Origin: Azolla caroliniana
Taxonomy: Eukaryota; Plantae; Polypodiophyta
Length of the DNA: 64,000 bases
NCBI GenBank assembly: GCA_043228905.1
Contig: JBHGNT010000015.1
Span: 13,082,001 to 13,146,000 of the forward strand
Reading direction: 5' to 3'
Part shown: piece by piece, positions 38,100-51,735 of the stretch
How positions within the stretch are numbered: the stretch's first letter is position 1
Layout: the number at the start of each line of letters is the position of its first letter
The notes under the pieces: generated by a model
Told to the model about the DNA's origin: nothing
Database searches by the model: none
The model's input: the letters and a program-made list of their open reading frames with translations, nothing else
Position numbers and translations under genes: made by a program

Positions 38100-40483
38100 G
38101 ACGGGGTCGGAAGTCGGAACCGGTAAGACATACCATGATGTCGTCTCATCAAACTCAACATCCCGGCTAACTCGAACCTGCTTCTTCCGAGGATTATAAC
38201 ACTTATACCCCTTTTGCTCATGCGAGTAACCGACCAGGATGCATTTCTCTGACTTTGCATCCAACTTCCTCCGCTTCTCATCCGGCACATGCACATATGC
38301 AATGCTACCGAATATGTGAAGGTGTCTCAAATTCGTCTTGCGCCCGAAATATAGCTCATGCGCAGACACCTTGTCACTGATCCGGTTTTGGATATAGACG
38401 GTCGTCCGGACCGCCTCAGCCCAGTAGAATTTGGGCATGCTCTTCTCCTCCAGCATCGCCCTTGCCGCATCGATAATTGACCAGTTCTTCCTCTCGGCCA
38501 CACCCTTTTGCTCCGGTGTGTACCTGCAGCTGAATTATCTTCGAATTCCGTTCTAATGCAGATAACTGTTGAATTGGCCAGAACAGTATTCTTTCCCGCC
38601 ATCCGATCGCAGACACTTGATTTTCCTCTTCGTTTCCCGTTCAACCAAGATTTGCAGGTTTTGGAAACACTCAAAGACTTCGCTCTTCCGCTCAATGAGG
38701 TAGATCCAAGTGTGCCAGCTGTAGTCGTCAATGAAGGAGATGAAGGATCGACTCCCGCCAAGACTAACATTCTGTGCCGGTCCCATACATCCGAATGAAT
38801 AAGGTCGAGCTTGTTACGGCTACGGTTTCATTCGGTGGGGAATGGAAGCCGATGTTGCTTCCCGAGTTGGCAGGCTTCACAAATTTCGGCCTTTCAGTCG
38901 CTAAATTTCGGCAAACCGAAAACGACTTGCTTCGATTGCAGATCTTGAAACCTCCGATAATTGACGTGGTCGATCTGCTTGTGCCACGGGTCAATGTTCG
39001 ATTCGACCTTCTACCCTTTCGCAAACATAGCGGTGCCGACGTCATTGGTGTCGAGGATGAACATCCTCCCATCTTTGCGCCCTTGCACAATAACCTGGCC
39101 CTCTTCCTCGATGAAGCACCCAAGGTGCGTAAACCACACCTGCATCCCCTGGTAAACGATCTGACTGACTGAAACCAGGTTCTTCGTGATAGTCGGAACG
39201 TGTAATACGTTCATCAGCTTCCCCCTCTATCTGACGTGACTCAAAGGGACTTCCCTCCGACATGCACGACTGGGTGAGGAGTGTCGTCTCCAGTTTCGAC
39301 GACTCCCGGTTGTTCCGGTTTCTCCAAGAAAAAGAACCACTCTCTGTGGCTCATCATGTGATTCGACTCACCGGAATCAACGTACCACACTTCCTCCGAT
39401 TTGGAAGTGGAATTCTTCATTGAGTTAGCCTCATGTTTAATCACCAAGGCTGGCCCTTTACCGGCTCTTCCGGTTTTGGATCCTCCCGATCCTTCTGCAT
39501 AGTGTGAGTATTGTCGGTTCTCTCTGCCGACCTTGCCATATCCGGATCTGTCCGAATCGGCGCGCTTCTTCCAGCACTTGCTTTCTCTATGGCCATTTTT
39601 ACCACAGTACCAGCATTCCGTGTCGGCCTTTGCTTGCCGTCCTCGGTGCCACCTTGACTCCCCCTGCTTGTGGAGGGTCCGAAACTGTTGTCGGCACATT
39701 CTCTGTGCCTTCGGTCCTGCTCTTGCCGGCCGCTACCTTTGCGAGCCGACCTACCTTGTCCACCATGCCCACGGAGCTGATCCACCTCCGTGTACAGCAT
39801 CCAGTTGTCCGTGGGTGCACTTCTTGACGCACCGGGGTGGTTCTCCTCTACAAGGAGCATCGACTGTAAGTTGAAAAATGACGGCGTATTCTCCCTTCTA
39901 CATACCGCCGTTCGGAATGCTCTGAATTTAGTCACTAGGCCCCCAAGACAGATCTGCACCATCTCATCTTCCTCTATAGTGACTTTGATAGAGGCAAGTG
40001 AGTCACAGATCTCTTTGATTTGGGCCGTGTAATCGGCTACCGACATGTCCTTCTGTCGGACATTGCTCAACTCCTGTCGGAGTTGCAGCTTTCGGGCCGT
40101 ACTGCTTGCCGCAAAAACCTTCTTTAGGTTTCCCCAAGCTTCTTTTGGCGTCTTGGCATCTCGAACATGGCTCAGCAGCTGGTCTCCGACACTAGACGCA
40201 AAGTAGTACATCACTCTACTTGCCACTTGTTCCCACACTAGGAAGTCCTTGTGTGCCGCATCAGGTGTTGTGTCGTTAGCTCCGTCGACATAGCTCCAGT
40301 AACCATGCCCAAGCAGGTACTGATGCATCTTGTATGACCAAGATGTGTAGTTGGATCTGGCGAGCTTCTCCACCAAGAGCGAGCTAGCCATTCCTCTATC
40401 CATCACTTCTCTTTTTGTTCTTACCGGGTCTTAGGGTTTGTCTTCAGATGCTGATGTCGGCTGCAAAGGTTCTCAACCCTCGC

Positions 40484-40495
40484 GCTCTGATACCA
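40484..40495 (-). promoter_or_regulatory. Primer binding site (tRNA-iMet)
   Basis: TGGTATCAGAGC lies immediately after the LTR end. Confidence 0.92.
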
Positions 40496-40928
40496 TGTGA
40501 ATGTTAATGTGCGGAAGTGTCAGACAGAACCGGCTCAGCCGGATGGCAACAGAGAGAGAGAGAGATTAACACACAAAAGGTACGCAGGAGAGATAGAGAC
40601 AGAGCAAGAGCAGAACAACTTAAATCTATTATAAACAACTCTTTAAAATTCTCTATACATACAACATGCTCAACAACACTATTTATACAAGTCCTAAGAG
40701 GACTGACAGAAGTACGTTGTACTTCAATGCTCACACGAGTGTCTGACACTAACTACGAGACATTAACTACCTAGTAGTCTAGGCTGCTACTAGGCTTCTG
40801 GTTACTACTGAATCCAGCTAACCGGCTCCCCAGCTCACCGGCTCACCGGTCCGGCTCATCCTTCCAGATACTGATCTGGCTCAGGCTTATTCAACCGATC
40901 CGGATTTGGTTGAGCTTGCCACTCAACA
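40496..40928 (-). repeat. 5' LTR of the nested copia element (433 bp)
   Basis: TG...CA termini, adjacent PBS, and homology to 37881-38099. Confidence 0.9.
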
Positions 40929-43359
40929 CTGCGTAAGGTGGGGTTTACTCTGGTAAAGTCGGACTCCTCCCTATTCATCCGATATGGTCAGAACGGGTTG
41001 GTAAGCATCTTGCTTTTTGTGGATGACTTGGTCATCGCCAGTACCGACTAGGAGGAAATTAGCTGCGTCAAGTCCCAATTAGCAGTATCATTCAACATGA
41101 AGGATTTGGAGGACCTTCATTATTTCCTCGGAATCATAGTGATCTGCACCCCAAAAGACATATTGATTAACCAAAGGCATTATGTGCTGAGTATACTCTT
41201 CAAGTTCGGAATGACAGACTGCAAATCCATCTCAACTCCTCTTGACAGAAATGTCAAGATTCGCCCCGAATCTGGGACGGCTTGCAACTCAACAGTTCCG
41301 ACAAATAGTAGAAAGCTTGATATATTTTACCATCACCTGGATGGACCTCAGCTATCCGGTCGTATTGATCAGTCAGTTTATGTTGCAGCTGACCATCGAA
41401 CACCTTCAGTGGACACAAAGAATATTGTCATATGTCAACGGCACTAAGGATAGGACGTTGTATCGGACCGGTATAGCCGAAGAGTTGGTTGGCCACTCGA
41501 ATGCCGATTGGGTCGGAAATGTTGGCGATCACAGGTCCACATCCGAGTATACGTTTTCACTTGGGAGCGCCGCAATCGCATGTAGTAAGAAGAAGTAGAC
41601 AGTTGCACTATCGAGCACTGAGGCCGAATATAGAGGAGTGGCTGTCACGATATGCAAAGCCATATAGCTTAAAAGGTTGTTGAAGGATTTGTGTATGGAG
41701 GTGTTTGATCCTACGGTGATCTACTACAACAACCTCAACAACATCAAGTTAGTGAAGAATCCCGTCTTCCATGCTCGCACAAAGCACATTGAGGTGCACT
41801 ATCACTTTGTATGCAAGCGAGTTCTCACCGGTGAAGTGGAACTTTTGTATGTTCCGATAGATTGACAGGCGGTCGATATCTTCACCAAACCTCTCGGCAT
41901 GGACAAGTTGCAATATTTTTCAAGTATGCTTGGCTTGCAACACCTCAACATGCCAAACTTGAGGGGGAGAAGTGAAAGTTGAAGCAAGGGCGAAAGGGAG
42001 AGAGATGATGTCTAAGAAGCCGCATCGAATGCAGAGTTTGAATCTGGAATGGTTGAAGAAGTCGAGGACGGATCAAGCGAGAGGACAAGTGGAAGAAGAA
42101 CGGCTAACTGTAGACTAGCCAGTTGTAGGGGGAACGGTCGAAAGAGAGAGCCGAAGCCAGAGCCAACCACACAAGGGGGAGGTAGAGTTGAGAGAGGCAA
42201 GGCAGGTGGCAGAGCCAGGAAGGGCAAAGCTGACCTGAAGGTGAAGGCAAGAACTAGGACATGGTCAGCTGTGGTCAAGGGCTTGAAGGAGGATGAGCTG
42301 GAGACAACCAATTCAGATGAAAGAGGGAACGGATCGGAGATAGCTGATCAAATTGAAAGAAGTGATCCGGATGAGACGAATGAGTTCGGAATAGTGTCTG
42401 TGATGTGAGGTGATCATAAGAGGAAAAACATCAAATTCAAGATACATGTAAGGTTGAAGAATAGGGCAAAATACAACAAGAAGGATATGCGAATAAGGTG
42501 AAGACCATAGAGAGGCATAGCTCAATCAACAAGAACTTACTTTCGGAACGGAATGATCAAGGGTTTGAATCTTGATCCGCATTTTTCTCACATTAGGCAC
42601 CTTGAAAACATAAGTATAGGTGCATGTTAGGGGCAACATGGCCATTCTCTAATGGAACATTGCACCACAACTCAAGAATCTCTTCTCAAATGCTCTACTT
42701 GGAAATCATATGAACTTATATCTTATCTACCTACCATATAAGCCACCCTATGTAACACAGTCGAGTTTATCTCATTGTATCTTAATCAATATGTGCAGTT
42801 TTGATGTAACATGTTTTTTAATATTTATATAAATTTATTTATGGTAATTCTACTATTTGATGCTAATTGTGGTCAAACAAGGATTGGAGCGAAATTTTTG
42901 GCTCGAAAATATGAGTATGAGGCACGAACTCACGTGAAATTGGAGAAATTTCGATGAAAAATAAATTATGGGACACATAAATTTTTAGAAAGTGATTCCG
43001 ACCACTAAGTAAAAAGTTCTAAGCAATCAAAGTTTTTTCGGACTGTAAGAGTCGAACGCACCACACAAACCGAACCTAGCAACTTGTCACAAATTTGTAG
43101 TATTCAAGATATTTAATTCCTTGAGGGCCACATCAACATCAAGGAAAAGTTCATCGACTCCCCGTTTAAAAGCATCAAGCCTCAAGAAAGCTTGACACCT
43201 GACCATTCGACTTGAGTCGAGGAGCTTCCTCAAGGTTGTGGCTACTACAACCGCCGTGTCGCCTTTGCGCTAGCTATCATTGCCACCCATTGCCGCCACA
43301 CTCACTTCCCATCCATCACCTATCATTTATGCGTTGAAATGCGACATCCCGCAACGTCA

Positions 43360-43770
43360 TCACTCTAACACCTCATACACCTCTCCTACCTACCTATACA
43401 TTAAAACAAACATACATGTACTATGTATGTATACACACACACACAAGCATCAAAGTATATCAATGAGTCACTCTACCAACCCAAACATCCCTACCTACTC
43501 TAAACATTAAAACATACATACATATACGCGCGCGCACACACACGCTCATCAAAGCATATACATAAGCACACACTCTATAAACACCGAAAAAGACGTCCGA
43601 GAATATTGACTCACTACACATACACAAACATCCCCCTATGCACATTAACATACACTTCCACACATTTATATAACAATCACATAGATATGAATACACACAT
43701 ACACAAGTTAATTCCATAATCACTCTTTTATCCATAAACCCACAAATCTACACTCTTTAGACATACTTAG
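43360..43770. repeat. CA/TA-rich low-complexity tract
   Basis: Degenerate acacac/atacat runs. Confidence 0.6.
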
Positions 43771-43774
43771 ATTG

Positions 43775-44452
43775 GGCGCTAAATAAAAATCGGCAACGGT
43801 TTGGTTCGGTTTGAGAGTGTCAAAACTGAATTGTTTAAAAATTTTGAAACTTGAAGCAAACAAACCGTTAAACCGAACCACGAAACTGTTAAACTGAACT
43901 GTTTAAAAAAATTCAAACCGTTAAAACCACAGTTCATGGTTCGGTTTCGGTTTTCAAATTAGGTCAAAATTCAATTTAAAAATTTAAAAATTTTTCATTA
44001 TTTTTTATTTTAATTTTTCAAAATTTTAAAGATTTTCCTAAAATGTGAGAATAAGTCTTGAAAATGAAAAGATTGTTTTAAAAAAAAAAAAAAATTTAAA
44101 AAAAACTGCTAAGCCGCAGTTTCCCGGTTCACGGTTCTATTCGGTTCAAACTGAACCGTTGCCGACTATTAGTGCTAAAGCCAATAATTGTGAGTAACTT
44201 GAAGTCATCTATGCGACAAAACTTAAAATTTTAAAATATTTCATTATTTTTCATTTTAATTTTTCAAAATTTTAAAGATTTTCCTAAAATGTGAGAATAC
44301 GTCTTGAAAATGAAAAGATTATTTCAATTTATTTATTTTAAAAACGCTACGTCGCAGTTTCGCAATTCGGTTCGGTTCAAACCGAACCGTTGCCGACTAT
44401 TAGTGCTAAAGCCAATAACGGTGAGTAACTTGAAGTCATCTAAGCGACAACT
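43775..44452. mobile_element. MITE-like non-autonomous element with a tandemly duplicated right arm
   Basis: The left end (tcggcaacggtttggttcggtttga, ~43790) is inverted relative to tcaaac(c/t)gaaccgttgccgactattagtgcta at ~44146 and ~44377. Multiple AACCG/CGGTT subterminal motifs are present, with a ~235-bp duplication (43975-44220 / 44221-44452). Confidence 0.6.
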
Positions 44453-45526
44453 TGAGTCAACCCATTCTCTTTGGTTCAAGCGCCCAATGGTACTACTCGC
44501 ATTTCACACACACGTGTGTGTATTGTCGCAAGAATGGATCCAATTGTTAGATTGTTTATACCCATAAAAGGTTTTGATGCAACATATATGTATAACGGAT
44601 AGATGGGGTTTAATCATCTATCAATAGCTTTTACTATATTGATTCTAGCTTTCCATAAGAATGAATATTGCTTATGTGTGACAACTGCTAGGAATACTAC
44701 TAATTTTGATGTGAACCCTTTCATTCTTGTTAATGCTAAAGATGCAAATAAAGAGATAGTAAATATTGTAAATAGTGTAGGCAAAGATTTTCGTCCATGG
44801 CTAACCTTTTTTTACTTGAATTACCATTCCTCGTTTTTACTATATACATATATAACAAATGGCTAGTTGAGTATGTACACAACAAATAGATTTCTTTGCT
44901 ACCAAAACAATTTGATTTGTCCAATATAAATTTGCTTTTATAACTTATCCCAAGTATATGCACCAAATTTCTCTCAATAATGTTTAAATCCTTGGTGTTT
45001 ACAACCAAATCCTTCCTTTAAAAACATATTCTAAAGATAAAATAGGTTGAATACGTGTAGGATACGTTAAATACTTCTTGTAGTATATATATCATTTAAC
45101 AATTGTTTTTTGGCCAAATTATAATTTTATTTTGAACTTTTTGATTTTTCTCTGAAAACATAAGTACTAGTTAAATACATAGGATACTTAGAATAGCAGC
45201 TCTAAAGCATAGAATACATGTTCTAAAACAGCAGCTCTAAAACATACGATACACGTTGAATACTTTCAGATTATTCTAAACATAACTACATGTTATTAAT
45301 GACTATGTGCCAGAGTTATTACTTAAATGAGATTGCACTATAAATAGAATTGGCTCTCAATAATGTTTCGTTCCTTATTAATTACAACCAAATCTTTCCA
45401 AGGCCGTGTTTTTCAATTGTCATGTGTAAGAAGACATGACTTAATGAGATTGCTTTATAGATGTATAGATATACAACAATAGTAGTAACAATCTATCAAT
45501 GGATTATAAGAGTTATTTGCTGCTCT

Positions 45527-48500
45527 TTAACCCATGGTGTAGGAAGGCACCGGCAAGTTAAAGACTGTAGTTTTGACCTTGGTCATCATGTGAATACTGT
45601 TGGTGATCCCTTGTGATCCAATACCACTATCTTTCAGCCCCTACACATTACAGAAGAACCCAAGATTTGTTTTTGTATTAAGGATATCACAATGACACAA
45701 TTATCTGTTTCACCTGTCAACATATCATCCTAGTTATTATCGAAAGTCATAAACTAAAAATAAGAAAACCAATATGTTGGGTCGTATTGATAATTGTAAA
45801 GGAAATGATATGTGGGTCAGAAGGATAATCATAAAGAAATGTTGATCATGCTGACAATTATAAATACTTGTTTTTTCAGATGCAACTTTTATAATTATGG
45901 TGTATACCTGGAAAGGGAAGTGATCAGGGCCACGGGCTGGGGCTGAATTGATTTGAACTGTCCCAGTCTCCATAGCATCACTTATTATCATGGCTCTGTT
46001 GATGTTGCTTGTGAAAACACATCCCTGACATAATGTAAGTCCAGGCATTCAGATTTTCAATCCCAATCCCAATAAGGATGTACATCAAAAAAGTAGAATT
46101 AATAGTAAAGGAAGTACTACCAAATTATTATAAGTTTTCTTTTTACTTTTGAGCAAATACACATGCATTACAATTATCATTTAGAACGAGAGAACCTAAA
46201 CAGAAAAACTGCGTAAATTTATCCTAAAACTGGATGACGGTGAGAGACTAAAGAGAAGAAAATCTAGAAAGTCACAATAAATAATATAAATGAATAAGGA
46301 TCCTTGATAACCCAATCAATAGAGAGGAGAAAAATATATTCTAGTGTCCTGTAAATGAGATGGATTGTCTTCTTGATGACAGAGTGTATCATGAATGAGA
46401 TAGATCCTCAGATGAAACATGACGACTTTTAGAAATTATGGAATTATTTGTGAGGAGAGAACCTGCAAGCCATATCTACTGGAATTACAATGCTTCACAC
46501 CTTCATCAATACTTTTTATACGGATGAGAGGTACAATAGGACCGAATGGCTCCTCCCACGCAATGCGCATGTCAGTCGTCACATGATCAATCAGAACCGG
46601 CCATATGAGATTACCTTCTCTCTTATACTCCTGAAAGAAAAGAAGTTCATTGAGCATCATATAAACTATGATTCGTACCATGACAAAAAGAATGACTACA
46701 CAACCAGAGAAAACAAAAGCACAAAAAAAAAATTCATCCTAAAATGTAGGCATTGCAGTAACTTTTGGACTTCTCAAACCAACAAACTGCTTCATTACAG
46801 AGGAAGTGCTTAACAAGGGAATCTTATTTAACCTGGCACAAATTAGCTCCTTTTTGTTGTGCATCATTAGCAAGTTCTTCGATGAAGTTGGCTGAGGCTT
46901 CACTGATAACCGGAGTGACATCTGAATCTGCCTCTGGAGGACCAACCGTAAGCTTATTAACTTTAGCATTCACCTTCTCAACTAATTTGTCAGCGATAGA
47001 CTCCATTGCCAACACAATTTTAACTGCCGTGCACCTCTGCCCACTGCAATGGACTTCATGAGATAAGGCAATCAGTTTTTTGACAAGGTATAAGTAAAGA
47101 CATATATTTCATATATTTCCCTTGCTTATATGGAGAAAACCTGTAAGAGAACCCTCCTTTGACGATGTTGGCCGCAGCGAGGTCAAGATCTGCATCATCC
47201 AATACAATGCAAGCATCCTTCCCGCCAAGCTCCATCTGCAATGGAATCATGCCAGCCCGTTTTGAGATAGAAATGCCTGTATCTCCACCCGTAAAGCTGA
47301 AACAAAGCGGAAAAATATGCACAAAATGAGAAATCTATTTCCAATAATGACATATAGATTAAAGATTTTAGAAGAAACAAATGTATTGTGCATGATTTTG
47401 TGTGTAAAAGACCTGATACAATTGATTGCTGGATGGGTTGTGAGGAAATCGCCGAGCTCTGAGGCCTTTACTGTTATAGCACTGAGCAAGCCCCTTGGAA
47501 AGCCAGCAAGATGAAAGCAATGCATCATATGTAATGCAGCTACTGCCCCCTGAGTTTGAGCAAGATAAAAAGGAAAGGAACATACAGTGAAGCCACGTCT
47601 TCCAAGAAAAATTAAGAAGCCAATTCTTTTCATGTGATTTCAAAACTCTCCTGAAAGATTGTAATGAAAGCTCTTATCACCTGAGTTGGGGGCTTCAAAA
47701 CAACTGCATTTCCAGCTATCAATGCAGGCGCAATCTTTGAAACAGCAAGATTTATAGGATAATTGAAAGGCGGTATTGCAAGGATCACGCCTAAGGGTAT
47801 CTTGGGAAATATAATATTTTTCTGTATTAGCTTGAGAAAAATAAAGCATTAAATGATGTCTAATAATTCTGAACATAATTTCCTTACTTTGGAGGAGAGG
47901 CAAAGTTTGTTTCTGTCATTCCCTGGAAAACTATCTGAAACCAGAAACTTCCCTTCAGAAAGGATTCTAATACCTTCTTCTGCAGTGTAATCTATCAAAT
48001 CTGCTGATCTAGTCACCTTTTGCATAGAATGATTTAAAACTTCCAAAAGTGGTTAGGTTATTTCTTCAATTCATTTTCAATTAGGTCATAAACAAAAGGG
48101 TTGGGGTTTATAATTGATATGAAATGCACACGTTGTATGAAGTTCCGAAAGTAAAAATCAATTGGGTTTCATAATGCACATCACAAGCATAATCGCATCA
48201 GTTTGGATGTAAGGACAAGGCTGGATATGAACCATATGACATCCTATAAATAAGTTCAAAATGGATGAATATTGATAGCATACATACACTGAAGAAAACA
48301 CAACAAATTTGTGTGTGTGTGTGTGTATATACACATAAATACATACATACATACATACATACATACATACATACATACATACATACATACATACACACAT
48401 ACATATACGTATATGTACGTATATGTATATGCACACATAGTAACCAAAAGAGCTAAATTGCCTTTACCTCAGCAACTGAATCCTTTGCAGGCTTAGCCAC

Positions 48501-49233
48501 TTCCTTGATCAAGCATTCTGCCATGACATCTTTATTTTCTCTCAGGAGGTTGGCGACTTTGTGGAGAGTTTCAGCACGTTTCCAGAGAGGCACCCTGGCC
48601 CATATCCTCTGGGCCGGTTTGGCACCTTCTAGAACACGTTCCACCTCCTCTTTTGTGCAAGCTTTCAAAAAAGACCATCAAAACAAAAAGAAAGGATCAT
48701 GACATGGTTTTCATATGATCTGAAAACCACGAAAAGAGCCTGATGAGGAGCCTATAGATTTCCATCATCGTTAAGAATGGAAAATCCGGTGATACAAACA
48801 TATGCATACATAACAACATAAAGAATGAAATTTTATATACATAGTAGACAATGGTTTCATGTTAGCTGCTGAGAATCTATGTCAAATGAGTGTCCATATA
48901 TACATTTGTTTTTCGGAAAATCCGGTGAGACAAACATATGCATACATAACAACATAAAGAATGGAATTTTATATACATATTAGACAATGGTTTCATGTTA
49001 GCTGTTGAGAATCTATGTCCAATGAGTGTCCATATATACATTTGATTTTGTTGAGGAGAAGAAGAAGAGAGATGATTCATACCTGTAATTTTGAAGTGTG
49101 GCTTCATGGAAGTAGGGTTGAGGACAGGGACAGAGTGGGCAGATGAGGATTTCTTCCACTGCCCATCGGCATAGTAGCTGAATGTAGCGCTCTCCTCGTC
49201 TACAAGATCAGCAAACACTCCCTTCCCAGCCAT
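45527..49233 (-). CDS. GAPN: NADP-dependent non-phosphorylating glyceraldehyde-3-phosphate dehydrogenase (ALDH11A family), 10 exons, ~498 aa
   Basis: Exons: 49233-49083, 48661-48468, 48016-47888, 47800-47681, 47549-47413, 47296-47141, 47043-46833, 46630-46463, 46024-45908, 45640-45527. All introns are GT-AG with consistent phases, 1497 nt in total. Motifs: [28 protein letters not shown] (catalytic Glu), SGQRCTAV (catalytic Cys), [25 protein letters not shown]-terminal PSYTMG*. Confidence 0.96.
48310..48400. repeat. (TG)n plus (TACA)n compound microsatellite in GAPN intron 2
   Basis: Read directly from the sequence. Confidence 0.95.
48779..49044. repeat. 136-bp tandem duplication in GAPN intron 1
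   Basis: ggaaaatccggtga...tacatttg occurs at 48779 and 48915. Confidence 0.9.
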
Positions 49234-51735
49234 AATATGTAATACAAAGAACCTCTTGTAATCCAATGGCAGCGTGGAGGTAGCTCTGCCTGTGTATGCG
49301 GAGAGATTGCTCTGAGAGAGAGACAGAGACAGAGATTGCGATCCATGCATGATGTCGTTTCATGCCAATTCAAGCCTCGCAGGAGGAGGAGGAGTAGGGG
49401 TATCATTGGGAATTCGCCCAAAACAGAGGGAGGGCATTTTTATCATTTTCTGAAACTCTTTACAAAGGACAAGGATAATAAACATCTCCTTAATGATTTT
49501 GGGGGATCAATCCCTATGTATTATCATTATGTATGTATACGAATAACACAAGAAAAGATGTGATCATCGAGTTTAATCAGATGGGTTTTGGTTTTTTGCA
49601 TGCTAGAAGACAAGATGGACGGTATGCGATCGTCATCGATTTTAATGATTTGATCTTGTGATGATATTGATACAAGCTAGATGAGATCGTCGAGATGAGA
49701 TCACCGATTTTAATTGACATTACCAACCAAATTGTGATATTTGTGGAGATCTATGGTTCGAAAGCTTAGCAATGTTCTCTTCTTCGTGTCGATCAATTCC
49801 CCTTAAAACGTAATTCCATGCCTAATATTTAAAGATGTGTTACATTTCAAATAAACAAGCTTTATTTTGACTTCGATGTGTTTAGGAGCCTCAACTTTGA
49901 TTAGGCATGAGAGTTTTCAATTTCTAAGCACGTATACATATTAATGTAAAATCTATTGGCTAATAAACAAGATTAAAGACAGCTTTTAGAGTGAGAATAT
50001 TGAGTAGAAGATATGCATTTACTATTAGAAATTTGACTATGAAACAAGCAAGCATAACATTCAATTGCATTCATTAAAATTTGACAATATGCAATGCATT
50101 TGATCGAGTAAAGATTGTACACATAGTCTAAGATGTGCTAATGAGTAGAATTTGTGTTCAAAATTGTGAATGTCCCGTTACAAAGGAAGCAACGAAAAAT
50201 GTTTCATGATCAAGAGAACAAACCCCCCTCATCGTAGTGTCTAGAAACCAAATTCTTGAAATCTTCTCCACTTCATTTATTAGCCAAACTTCAAAATGTG
50301 TGCTACTATTGCACTTTTTTTTTAAACAAAGCCCATCACATATGGCTAACACTATTCACAACATGTGATATCATCTCTATCCAGTAGTTGGAAATGTTCA
50401 ACAAATATGAAGTTCATGTTGTTTTCAAATTGCCATATTAAAAGCAAGATAAAGGCACATTGATAGGGACAAAGATAGCGTATATGCTATTGAGAAAACT
50501 CAAATGCAATACAATATAAAAGAACGTAAGATCATGAAAGAAATCCAATGCAAATCAAAATCAAACCAATCCAAGGCACATAAGATCACAAAAGCATATA
50601 ATTAAAATAATTCTACAAAGATAGCAAGAAACACATGGTGAGACAAATATTAATAATATCTTATAATGTAAACAAGGATTGATGCTCAAAATAAACTATT
50701 TTGTTGTATATGTTAAGAAATAAAACATATTGAGTTACCACTTAATGTTATTTTAGAACACTTACATTGTCCAGAAGAGCTATGGCACATGCATATGGCA
50801 TTGTCAAATCATGCAAACCCAAGTTTAATCAATGATAATACAAATAGTATAAACCCAATGGGTTGGCAAATGCATGTGGTAATTTACTAACAAAAATTAC
50901 AACCTCCATTAAAGAACAAGCAACTCTCTAATGAAATATTTGGCACTCATCTAAGCAAAGTAAAATATAAAAAACCCTTTGATGATGAGTGAACCCCCTA
51001 AAAATGTGTCTCAAAATCCATGATTCAGTTCCTTCTTAAAGACAATTCTATCGTTTTGACGCGACCATCTTGTGATGCCAAGACATTGAGTTGAGCGCAT
51101 AACATTTGAAAGCAAACAATTGGCTTGGACTAAAATTTCATTGAGCCTTAAGACATTAGACATTCATGAAGCCAACTTTACAACCTTAAAGTTGATTTTT
51201 TATATAATAAAAATGAACAATGACATTAAGAAGTGTGAATGAATGAAAGATGATGCAACACCCTACAACTGGAACAATGGATATACAATATATATAACCC
51301 CTTCATATGAACCTTGCAGCCTCCCCAAACTCTTGATGTAGGCTAATTATGATACAGTTTATGCAATTTTATACAGTTTTGTGTGGAATGCTAATCCATG
51401 GAATAGCTCCATAGGTTTAACCTTTGATCACTGTTGTACATGTCAGAGGGCTTGTCATGAAATGCCTTCTAGCCTGCAATATGAAGCACAAGAACAAAAA
51501 ACTTCATTTTGATTCTTAGAAGTAGACAGTTGATTGAGATTTTCAACATACCCAGCATGGCTAGAAAAACCCTTGGTAGGTTGGATCCAAGAGATGATAA
51601 CAGAGTGATGATCTTTTGGATTTAGAATGTTCATGTCATTTTATCCTGAACATGAACAGCCATGGAATGGTATGTCAATTTCAAGTTTGTAAAATGTATC
51701 TCAATGAGGAAAATGGAAATGTCAAATGGTAAATC

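Larger units (their letters stand above)
37881..40928 (-). mobile_element. Nested, internally deleted Ty1/copia LTR retrotransposon (gag-PR-IN only)
   Basis: 5' LTR at 40496-40928 (TGTTG...TCACA on minus), PBS TGGTATCAGAGC at 40484-40495, and gag at 39441-40406 (NYTSWSYKMHQYLLGHGYW). It has zinc knuckle CWYCGKNGHRESKC, protease WYVDSG, and integrase motifs FIDDYS, LRSDGGKEY, AERKN and GYKCYNP. The 3' LTR is truncated (37881-38099). Degenerate 5-bp TSD TTGCT/CTGCG. Confidence 0.93.
37280..41982 (+). mobile_element. Degenerate Ty1/copia RT-RNaseH (outer element), split by a nested insertion at 37881-40928
   Basis: RT motifs WRAAMEEEM, RYKTRLVTKGYTQ, IDYDETF and LYGLKQAPRAWNAKI lie left of the insertion. 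KSDSSLFI, LLFVDDLVI and MKDLEDLHYFLGI, plus RNaseH motifs ALSSTEAEY and NPVFHARTKHIEVHYHFV, lie right of it. There are many stops and frameshifts. PPT-like GAGGGGGAGA at 41961-41970. Confidence 0.92.

Noticed and set aside
38327-40032. Plus-strand and alternate-frame ORFs over the nested copia element
   Set aside because: They are shadows of the GC-richer gag-pol sequence on the minus strand.
48158-48496. ORFs with YVCM/HTYI repeats
   Set aside because: They are translations of the (TACA)n microsatellite in a GAPN intron.
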